From NCBI GenBank assembly GCA_041577295.1, contig JBFGJG010000049.1, positions 1-30,624 of the forward strand: DNA of 30,624 nt, in the 5' to 3' direction. The notes beneath the pieces were generated by a model. That model was not told the DNA's origin and did no database searches. It saw only the letters and a program-made list of their open reading frames with translations. This DNA comes from Gemmatimonadales bacterium. Its GTDB lineage: Bacteria; Gemmatimonadota; Gemmatimonadetes; Gemmatimonadales; GWC2-71-9. This document shows positions 1 to 7,347 of this stretch, piece after piece. The translations under genes and the position numbers were made by a program. Numbering within the stretch: position 1 is the first letter of the stretch; each line of letters begins with the position of its first letter.

Positions 1-1871
1 CCGTCCTGATCCGTAGTCTTCAGCGTCTCATACACTCCGCCGACGAGCGTCAGCACGTGCCCCACATAGCGATTCCACTGGCCCAGTAACTCCCCGTAGA
101 GCTCCTCGAGGTCGCTGTAGTCCTCGCCATCCGTCGCCGTCCATGACTCCAGGTTGGGCACAACGCGCTTCAGATTGGCGATCGCATAGCTGGATGCCTT
201 CACGGGATCGTCTCCGAGATCCTCAGTCTGCGCCCGTGGGTCAACCAGGAGCCCGCCGCGTTGACGCCCATAGCGATACATCGGGTTGTCGGCATGCTCG
301 ATGATCCAGCGATCGAGCGTTGCCTTCTCGGCCTCCGGCGTCGGAGCATCGGGGAGCACGCGGTAACCCCAATTAATGGCATACCGGTCGTAGGGCCCGA
401 TCTTTCGGATGAAGCGAATGTCGCCGTCGCCTGGCTGGGCGATATAGTTCTGGCGCGCGTAGTCCATGATGGTCGGCGCGACACCCATGGCATGCGTGAA
501 GGCAGGCGAGCGCAAGGAATCAACCGGGTAGGCGGAGCTGGCAATCATGTTGTGCGGCAGCCCGAGCGAGTGCCCCACTTCGTGGGCGATCACGGCGCGC
601 ACTGCCTCGCCGAGCAATTCTTCCGGGAGGGTGAGCGACCGAGCATCGGGATTGGCCGCCCCGGTTTCGATCAACAACCGATTGCGATATGAGCGCAGGT
701 GGTTGTGATACCAGATGATGTCGCTCTCGAGGATCTCGCCTGATCGTGGATCCGCCACGCGGGGACCGAGCGCGTTCCGGGTCAGGCTCGCCACCCAGCG
801 GACCGTCGAGTAACGCACGTCCTCCGGATTGAATTCTGGATCTTGGTCAGGCGTTGGCGGGTCACGGGCGATGATGGCGTTTCTGAAGCCCGCAGCTTCG
901 AACGCCACCTGCCAGTCCTCGATTCCCATGCGCACGTACGGACGCCAACGGGGCGGTGTTGCGGGATCGAGATAGTATACGATCGGTTTGATCGGCTCCA
1001 CCACCTCGCCGCGAGCGTACGCCGCCCGATCTTTTGGCTCCAATCGCCAGCGCTGGATGTACCGCCGTGTCGCCGCCTTTTGTTCGTCCAGCCCAAAATC
1101 GATCTGCTCGAGCGTGATCCACCCCACCCTGGGATCAGCGTATCGCCGGCGCATCGGTTCCTTTGGCAGGAGCACCATGGACTGATGCATTTCGATGGAG
1201 AGCGTTCCGGTACGCTCTTGTGATGGAGGTGCGGTTGCCTGAAACGTGAGCGTATGCCGGACGTCGACGTTGAGCGGATACGAGCGAGCGTAGTTGATAA
1301 AGGTGCGATTTGCGTCGAGACTCCGGACCTTGAACCGGTCGCGTTGGCTGGTCGTCAACCCACCAATGGCTGGCACATCCTTCTCGAACAAGTCGTTGAC
1401 GGCGATGACCAACGCGCTGTCACTCGGGTTGAAGGTCTCGATGTCGAACGCGTGGACGATCGGGGCAAAGTTGTTGCTCTGCACCGAACGGTAGACGGGC
1501 AGCGTGTCGCTGGCGTGCGCCTGGTACGAAGCCGTTCGCAGGAGGATCTTGTCGTTCTGCCGCTCCCAGCGAACGACTTGCTCGGCCACCTTGCTGCCGG
1601 CGTTGACGAATGGGCTCAGGTTGGCGGGCGCCCCAGCGACGCGCGTGATGAGCAGCATGTCCCGGCCAAGCAGGCTGTCCGGGATCTCGTAGTAGATCTT
1701 GTCATGGACAACATGGACGCTGAACAGACCACTGTCCGATCTCGCAGCGGCGGTCACCACCTTGCCGTACTCCTCAAACCGCTGCTCAGCCTGAGCCGGA
1801 GCCGGAGGCTCGACGGTCTGCGCGCCCGCGCAGGCCGTGCTGAGGATCAGGAAGAGGAAAGCGGGACGCAC
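1..1871 (-). CDS. Zinc-dependent metalloprotease lipoprotein (DUF5117/DUF4953, EcxA-like metzincin); 3' end runs off the window
   Basis: Manual translation from GTG at 1871: MRPAFLFLILSTAC (lipobox), YYEIPDSLLGRDMLL, zinc motif HEVGHSLGLPHN (~550-585) and Met-turn TIMDYAR. Absent from the ORF track because there is no stop within the window. Confidence 0.9.
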   Translation of the reverse strand, partial: MRPAFLFLILSTACAGAQTVEPPAPAQAEQRFEEYGKVVTAAARSDSGLFSVHVVHDKIYYEIPDSLLGRDMLLITRVAGAPANLSPFVNAGSKVAEQVVRWERQNDKILLRTASYQAHASDTLPVYRSVQSNNFAPIVHAFDIETFNPSDSALVIAVNDLFEKDVPAIGGLTTSQRDRFKVRSLDANRTFINYARSYPLNVDVRHTLTFQATAPPSQERTGTLSIEMHQSMVLLPKEPMRRRYADPRVGWITLEQIDFGLDEQKAATRRYIQRWRLEPKDRAAYARGEVVEPIKPIVYYLDPATPPRWRPYVRMGIEDWQVAFEAAGFRNAIIARDPPTPDQDPEFNPEDVRYSTVRWVASLTRNALGPRVADPRSGEILESDIIWYHNHLRSYRNRLLIETGAANPDARSLTLPEELLGEAVRAVIAHEVGHSLGLPHNMIASSAYPVDSLRSPAFTHAMGVAPTIMDYARQNYIAQPGDGDIRFIRKIGPYDRYAINWGYRVLPDAPTPEAEKATLDRWIIEHADNPMYRYGRQRGGLLVDPRAQTEDLGDDPVKASSYAIANLKRVVPNLESWTATDGEDYSDLEELYGELLGQWNRYVGHVLTLVGGVYETLKTTDQD

Positions 1872-1874
1872 GAG

Positions 1875-2129
1875 TCAGCTCCCTTCCGATGTCGCACGCG
1901 GTTCCGCGGGCCGGTTCTTCACGTACCGTTCCATCCACTCCTGCATTTCCCACAGCATATGCAGGCGCTTGGGACCCAGGCGCGCATCCGGTGTGGGTGG
2001 AGCATCGACGATGTCCACGAGCACCTGATCTGGTGCGCGATAGATGGGGTCGAGGGTCGCTTCCTGCGCCCACAGAGGGGCAAGAGCAACGACAGCGGCG
2101 ACGAGAGCCAGCGGCAAGCAACGTGACAT
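1875..2129 (-). pseudogene. Remnant of a secreted S9 (prolyl-oligopeptidase/glutamyl-endopeptidase-like) peptidase: N-terminus joined in frame to the C-terminus
   Basis: 84 aa from ATG 2129: signal peptide, then YRAPDQVLVDIVDAPPTP (typical start of this family) followed directly by LHMLWEMQEWMERYVKN (typical end). No GxSxG motif or propeller domain. Confidence 0.65.
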
Positions 2130-2336
2130 GATCACCTGACCACAGAAGCGAGAGTATGAGGGTGCGATCTTCGCAGGGTATTCAAGTTTCTCAGCCTGTT
2201 TACCGAGACGCAAGCTCGATGGAAGGATGGAAGGAACGAGCCCGTTAGGGCTCACATGTCGAGAGGCTTTAGCCCGGGGATCACGCGACGTCTTCCCACC
2301 TTCCGCCCGTCCGCCCTTATGTCTTACCCTTCTCCA

Positions 2337-2819
2337 ATGGCTAGCAAATCTCCCCGCCGCGGGAACCTCTCCCAGGTAGATCAGATCGGCATGACCACTG
2401 CCCTTCGCGAAGCGCGTCTCGGTGCTGAGCGGGGCGAGGTCCCCGTCGGGGCCGCGGTAGGTGTCGACGGTGAAGTTGTCTCGAGCGCGCACAACGAAAC
2501 CATCGCCCGGAACGATCTCACGCAACACGCCGAGCTGATCGCCATCCACTCGGCGCTACAGACGCTCGACCGAGATCGCCTCGAGAACGCGACACTGTAC
2601 ATAACGCTCGAACCGTGCGCCCAGTGCGCCGGTGCAATCGTCCTTGCGCGCGTCGGAAGGGTGATGTTCGGCGCCTACGATCCGAAGGCCGGCATGGCAG
2701 GAAGTGTCGAGGATCTGCTACGCCATCCCAAATTGAACCACCGCCCCCAAGTCATCGGGGGGGTTATGGAACAGGAGTGTGGTGATTTGTTACAACGGTT
2801 TTTCAAGAGTAGAAGATAG
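2337..2819 (+). CDS. tadA: tRNA-specific adenosine(34) deaminase
   Basis: GEVPVGAAV, HAE zinc ligand, LYITLEPCAQCAGA, FGAYDPKAG, LNHRPQV and C-terminal LLQRFFKSRR. Start is uncertain (2337 or 2391). Confidence 0.93.
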   Translation: MASKSPRRGNLSQVDQIGMTTALREARLGAERGEVPVGAAVGVDGEVVSSAHNETIARNDLTQHAELIAIHSALQTLDRDRLENATLYITLEPCAQCAGAIVLARVGRVMFGAYDPKAGMAGSVEDLLRHPKLNHRPQVIGGVMEQECGDLLQRFFKSRR

Positions 2820-2853
2820 GCAATCAATTCTCCTGCCTATTCCGCCCCTCTTT

Positions 2854-2891
2854 CCCGTGACCGCCATCACACACCCCGTGACCGCCATCAC
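2854..2891 (+). repeat. Perfect 17-bp direct repeat CCCGTGACCGCCATCAC, two copies 21 bp apart
   Basis: Copies at 2854-2870 and 2875-2891, read directly from the sequence. Confidence 0.85.
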
Positions 2892-2992
2892 CGACGCCAA
2901 CACCCTTGGAACGCGATATTTACACTCGGGTAAGTAGCGCGTGTCGGGTCGTTTCGATCCAACAAGCGATCAACATGAGCAAAAGGAGTTTT

Positions 2993-3607
2993 ATGACGAA
3001 GTTTGGACTCTGTAAGGTGAGCGCCGTCGCATTGCTGGCCGCGTTCGGTGTCGCATGTGGCGATATCGGTCCGAATGGCGGTCTGACCAACGAAGAAGCG
3101 GCTGCCGTCGGCAATCAGGTCGATGGTGCTGCCGCGGGTGGTGTTGCGGCGGGCGTGGGCAGCGGCTTCAATGCCCCGGCTGCCCAACCCTCGGCGCCAC
3201 CGGAGTCGCGGTCCTTCAGCTTCACGCACTCGCGTGAATGCTCGGGTGGTGGGACCCTCGAGGTGTCCGGCACGATGGAGGGCACCTTGGACCGAGAGAC
3301 GCGGACGGGCACGCTCACGAGCCAGGCGACCATGATCGCCACCGCCTGCGTCATCACCCATGGCGAGCGCAGCATCACCATTAGCACGATTCCCGAAGAT
3401 CACATTCAAAAGACGGGTGAAGTGCTCATTGAAAACGGCCAACACTCCGGCACGTTCACGGTGAAGGGCGCGTTCGCGTGGGAGAAGAGCAACGGCGATG
3501 CGGGCGAGTGTGAGATCGACATCACCATGACCATCGGCCCAGAAGGCCGTTCCCGTACCGGCACGATCTGCGGACGGGACGTGGCGTTCACACACCCCAA
3601 GAGCTAG
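2993..3607 (+). CDS. Hypothetical lipoprotein, beta-rich and Thr/Gly-rich with paired cysteines
   Basis: RBS AAGGAG before ATG 2993, lipobox FGVAC, followed by a terminator. Confidence 0.8.
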   Translation: MTKFGLCKVSAVALLAAFGVACGDIGPNGGLTNEEAAAVGNQVDGAAAGGVAAGVGSGFNAPAAQPSAPPESRSFSFTHSRECSGGGTLEVSGTMEGTLDRETRTGTLTSQATMIATACVITHGERSITISTIPEDHIQKTGEVLIENGQHSGTFTVKGAFAWEKSNGDAGECEIDITMTIGPEGRSRTGTICGRDVAFTHPKS

Positions 3608-3634
3608 CGCCCACTCGAGCCGGGTCCCACCCCG

Positions 3635-3674
3635 ACAAAACCCCCAGCGCGGAGCCCGCTGGGGGTTTTTGTTT
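3635..3674 (+). terminator. Intrinsic terminator (possibly bidirectional)
   Basis: AAAACCCCCAGCG-cggagcc-CGCTGGGGGTTTTT hairpin with T tract. Confidence 0.85.
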
Positions 3675-3857
3675 GGACACCGGAGCAACATCTCCTGCCT
3701 CCGCTGCTTCTTCTGATTTCTCTGCCATCTGAGGTTTTTCGCCCGAGCGGCATGAGAAGCAGCAGAAGCAGTGATAGGACCCCTCAGCATTCCTGTGACC
3801 CACTCCACGGCGACGTCTCCCGTCCCACCCCAACTTGTGGCCTCCAAAGGAGGTCCG

Positions 3858-4523
3858 ATGTATCGGTTGAGTGCAGTCATCGGCGGCATTGTCGCCGGTA
3901 GCGTCGGTGCGGGGATCTGGGCAATCGTCGCCTACTTCACAGGCTTCGAGATTGGGTGGCTAGCGTGGGGCATAGGGTTGCTCGTAGGGATTGGAGTCAC
4001 GATCGGTAACAAAGGGGAAGGTTCGGTCTCGGCCGGTGTGCTGGCGGCGGCGCTAGCAGTCCTGGCCGTGGTGGGAGGTAAGTACACAATGGTACGAATG
4101 GTCATGCCAAACGAGTCAGAGCTCGTCACCAGTTCCCTCGCCGCCCTGGAAGATGACGAGATCGTAGTCTCGTACCTCGCGGACGCGATCGTCGAAGAAT
4201 ACGAAGTGTCCGGCAAAGCAGTGCAGTGGCCCGAAGGGTCACAACCGTTTCAAGGTACGGTCGAAGAAGATTACCCAGCCGACATCTGGGCCGCGGCAGC
4301 GACACGCTGGGAAGCGATGAGCGAAGCGGAGCAGGAATCCTTTCGTTCCGAGCTCAGCTCAAACATCGAAGCCTCGGCTGCTGCCTTTCAGGACATGATC
4401 GCGAACGCCGGTTTCCTCCACACGTTCGGCCTCATGGATCTGATCTTTTTCACGTTGGCAGTCGTCACGGCGTTCAAGATCGGCAAGAAGGGATCACCGC
4501 TCGAACACGAGGCATACGCCTGA
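3858..4523 (+). CDS. Hypothetical membrane protein (three N-terminal TM helices, acidic soluble domain, C-terminal TM)
   Basis: RBS AAGGAGG before ATG 3858; Gly/Ala-rich hydrophobic segments. Confidence 0.8.
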   Translation: MYRLSAVIGGIVAGSVGAGIWAIVAYFTGFEIGWLAWGIGLLVGIGVTIGNKGEGSVSAGVLAAALAVLAVVGGKYTMVRMVMPNESELVTSSLAALEDDEIVVSYLADAIVEEYEVSGKAVQWPEGSQPFQGTVEEDYPADIWAAAATRWEAMSEAEQESFRSELSSNIEASAAAFQDMIANAGFLHTFGLMDLIFFTLAVVTAFKIGKKGSPLEHEAYA

Positions 4524-4591
4524 TATACGGTGAGCAGTAATGGCGAGTGGGGTGGGTTGCACCTGGCAAACCACCCCACTCGTTCCTTCGG

Positions 4592-4768
4592 TTACGTGGT
4601 GCGGACTGCACCCATCACTTTCTTCTGCAAGTCCGGTGTGATCTCGTTGATGTTGTGCACGGTCTTGGCGTGCGCAACGACCTTCTTCATCAAGTCCTCT
4701 GGGCTGTCGGCCTTGGCCACGTAATCGCAGCCGGGCATCAACTCGCCACAGCGAAGCTCCACAGCCAT
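4592..4768 (-). CDS. DUF1059-family small putative metal-binding protein
   Basis: 58 aa: C-x6-C (CGELMPGC) and HAKTVH pattern; RBS GGAGGG. Confidence 0.85.
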   Translation of the reverse strand: MAVELRCGELMPGCDYVAKADSPEDLMKKVVAHAKTVHNINEITPDLQKKVMGAVRTT

Positions 4769-4842
4769 GATGAACCCTCCCAATTCTGGATGCCTCCAAA
4801 AGTAGGGGTTTACAGGGTCCAGGACCACCCCGGAACTGCGGT

Positions 4843-4889
4843 GAGGAGTGACGAGTAAAGAGTAAGGAGTCCCGCTCCCTACTCCCTCA
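4843..4889. repeat. Heptamer tandem repeat (nnnGAGT x4) followed by a partial inverted copy
   Basis: GAGGAGT GACGAGT AAAGAGT AAGGAGT ... CTCCCTACTCCCTC. Confidence 0.6.
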
Positions 4890-5558
4890 AGTCTGCACCA
4901 ACTCTGGCCGCACAGTCAGGATGATCGTGTCGCCGTTAGGCTCCGGTTGCACGTTGCCGAGGATCGCGGTCTGTCCGGCTCGTAGGTTCACGCCGGTCTG
5001 CAATGCGGTTCCAATCGGTCCCATGAACAGGTTAACGAGCACACGGACGGTGCCACTGTCGCCCGCGGCGCGCACTTCGAGGATGTTCGCCGTGATCCCA
5101 AACTCCCTGCCGCGTGGACCGGAAGTCGCAACGGCCTGTTGCGCCTGACTGCCCTCGACACCGGCGACGACGGCTTCGGCGAGCAGCTCATATCCTGTGA
5201 AGCGAAACAGTTTGCGTAGCTGAGTCTCGACGTTGGCAATGGCCGAATCTTGCGTTGCGGCCCCGTTCGCGCGGATGATCTGAAAATGCAACCGCACCGC
5301 CGGCTTGGGCCGGTCGTATCGCTCGAGCACCCGCGCGATCTGCTCGAGGTTGGCCTCGGTTTCGCGCACCGAGACCGCCGTGGTGCCGATGCTGAGCCGT
5401 GAATCCTCGTTGAACACATACGGCACGATGAGGTTCTCAACCTCGCCCACCGATAGGTATTGCACCTCGAAGGTCCGCGTTTCGAGACGGGGCCCACCGC
5501 ACGCGGTGGCAACTGTCAGGAGCGCGATCACTGCAAAGGCCGCACTGGATTTCGTCAT
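4887..5558 (-). CDS. Lipoprotein with a secretin N-terminal (N3/NolW-like) domain and a short secretin-like C-terminal part
   Basis: Lipobox VATAC; TRTFEVQYL...SVRETEANLEQIARVLERYDRPKPAVRLHFQII; C-terminal LRAGQTAILG...ILTVRPELV. 4-bp overlap with the upstream gene. Confidence 0.7.
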   Translation of the reverse strand: MTKSSAAFAVIALLTVATACGGPRLETRTFEVQYLSVGEVENLIVPYVFNEDSRLSIGTTAVSVRETEANLEQIARVLERYDRPKPAVRLHFQIIRANGAATQDSAIANVETQLRKLFRFTGYELLAEAVVAGVEGSQAQQAVATSGPRGREFGITANILEVRAAGDSGTVRVLVNLFMGPIGTALQTGVNLRAGQTAILGNVQPEPNGDTIILTVRPELVQT

Positions 5559-6016
5559 TGTATTACCTCGGTAAACCAGATGACGACGATATTTGGATCG
5601 TCGGTTGCAAACACCACGACGTCTCGGTTAGGCGGTGGCTCAACACTCGGCGCAGAAGCCCACGCGGTGGCCGGCGCGATGAGCGTTGGCGTTACTGCAC
5701 TGCCGGAGAACCCCAACCGCATGACCACTACGGTGGCGATGCCGGCGGCGGCCAGCACGGGGGCGAACACTCTGATTCGCCACGCACGCCACCACCGACT
5801 GCCGCGTTCGGTCGCAGCAATCGCTCGCGGCCCAGTGCTCGGCTCAACACTCGCCAGAACTTCCGCAAGCGCTAACTCGTCCTCGAGGATCTGCTCGGCA
5901 ACCGCGCGACAACGGCTGCACAGCCGAACATGCCGGCTCAGTGCGCTCTCACCCGTCTCGCGGAGCTCGGCCAGGTCGGCCTCGAGCAGCAGTTCCCTCG
6001 CTTCCGCGCAGTTCAT
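5555..6016 (-). CDS. Zinc-finger (ZAS, HxxxCxxC) membrane-anchored anti-sigma factor
   Basis: MNCAEAR...HVRLCSRC, one TM segment, translationally coupled to the ECF sigma gene. Confidence 0.85.
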   Translation of the reverse strand: MNCAEARELLLEADLAELRETGESALSRHVRLCSRCRAVAEQILEDELALAEVLASVEPSTGPRAIAATERGSRWWRAWRIRVFAPVLAAAGIATVVVMRLGFSGSAVTPTLIAPATAWASAPSVEPPPNRDVVVFATDDPNIVVIWFTEVIQ

Positions 6017-6618
6017 TTGCTGTACTCCTCCGCGATTTGCGGATGCCTGGCGAGGATCGCGGCGCGAATGGCGCGCCGTGCCTTGAACAGATTGGCTCTC
6101 GCCGTCACGGGTTTCATGTCCAGCATCTCCGCCGCCTCCCTCGGCGTGTAACCTTGTAGATCCACCAGGTCAAACACCGCACGCTGCTTGTGCGGGAGCT
6201 CCTCGAAGAATGTTTTCACCAGGTCCGCCACGCTCGACGACCACAACCTCTCGAGTCGTCGGTGCTCAACGTCAGCTGCATCCGCGTTTGCCGCGCGTTC
6301 ACGCGCCGTTCGTTCGATCCGTCGCTCCTTGCGACGCTCTCGCCGCAGCAAGCCCAGGGCCGCGTTTCGCGTGACCCGGTACAGCCACGTCGTGAATCGG
6401 GACCGCCCATCGAACTTGCGCAGCGTCCACTGGAGTGCCACGAGGACCTCCTGTGCCACGTCGTCGGCATCGTCCGGATCGCTCGTGATCCCGAGCGCCC
6501 ACCGGTAGACGGGCTTGTGACACCAATCCACCAGCCGGGAGAGCGCCTGGCCGTCACCAGAGCGCGCCCGCCAGACCAGGGGCTCCACCGCCTCATCGAG
6601 CTGCCGCGGTTCACTCAA
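6013..6618 (-). CDS. ECF (sigma-70 group 4) RNA polymerase sigma factor
   Basis: Region 2 DADDVAQEV...FTTWLYRVTRN; region 4 LPHKQRAVFDL...TARANLFKARR. Confidence 0.93.
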   Translation of the reverse strand: MSEPRQLDEAVEPLVWRARSGDGQALSRLVDWCHKPVYRWALGITSDPDDADDVAQEVLVALQWTLRKFDGRSRFTTWLYRVTRNAALGLLRRERRKERRIERTARERAANADAADVEHRRLERLWSSSVADLVKTFFEELPHKQRAVFDLVDLQGYTPREAAEMLDMKPVTARANLFKARRAIRAAILARHPQIAEEYSK

Positions 6619-7062
6619 TGGCTATCCGTGTCGCTAGTCGTTCCTGAGATGCCGCTGCCCAGCCCGCCGTTTACCCCACGCCAGAAGGGCGGTCTGGCGG
6701 ACGGAGAGACGCTCGATGCTGAGTCTTGGTGACTTCGACTAAGCCTATAAGCTGCATACTGTTGCGCTTACACAACAGTCTCATTGTATAAGCGCCCCCT
6801 CGATACGATTACCGTTCGTCCTTCTGGAGAATAGAGCCCTTTCGGGGCTCACTTTGCCGAGCCCGGGCTGTATGGTCCGGGAACCGTGCGGTAGGCGCCC
6901 ACGCCGCCTAGGCGACCTCCTGTCCGCCAATCCGCCCGACCGCCCTCTCCCGCTGCATCATGCCGCGTTTTTCGCGGTTTTTGGCATGGTAACTGCCTAA
7001 CCAACAGCGAGCAGTCACTGGCCGGACCGCCCCGTGGAGGGGTGGCGGCGTGGGAGGAGTGA

Positions 7063-7233
7063 ATGACGTTTCACTGGACTGTGTCGGCGGCTACGTTGCT
7101 CTCGATCAGCGCCCTGGGGGCATCACCCATGGCAGAGAGCGGAGCCGAGTTGATGGGAATGTGGGTGATCCCCGTGCTGACCGCAGCATACGGTCTCTAC
7201 CGGACGATCTCCGCACGATTACAGAGAAACTAG
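7063..7233 (+). CDS. Small 56-aa hydrophobic protein (below the ORF-track cutoff)
   Basis: GGAGGAG 3 nt before ATG 7063. MTFHWTVSAATLLSISALGASPMAESGAELMGMWVIPVLTAAYGLYRTISARLQRN, stop TAG at 7231-7233. Confidence 0.55.
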   Translation: MTFHWTVSAATLLSISALGASPMAESGAELMGMWVIPVLTAAYGLYRTISARLQRN

Positions 7234-7347
7234 AAGAGACGTAAGACGGTAGCCTGGAAAGGCGGAGTCGCCTCCGCCTGTCCGCCCTCCTTGCCAATCC
7301 CGCCCAATGGTAGCGCTCCACCTGCCAGCGGAATAAATCATAGGTAG

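Noticed and set aside
6695..6708. TGGCGGACGGAGAG (reverse complement CTCTCCGTCCGCCA) and CCTGTCCGCCA near 6918-6929 resemble tRNA-Ser 3' ends or att sites
   Set aside because: No T-loop (GTTCGAATC), cloverleaf or integrase, and similar GTCCGCC words recur as intergenic repeats in this window.
6815..6860. c-di-GMP-I riboswitch on the minus strand (GGCAAA plus GAAA-capped stem)
   Set aside because: The following GACGCAAAG and second stem are missing; kept only as a generic structured-RNA candidate.
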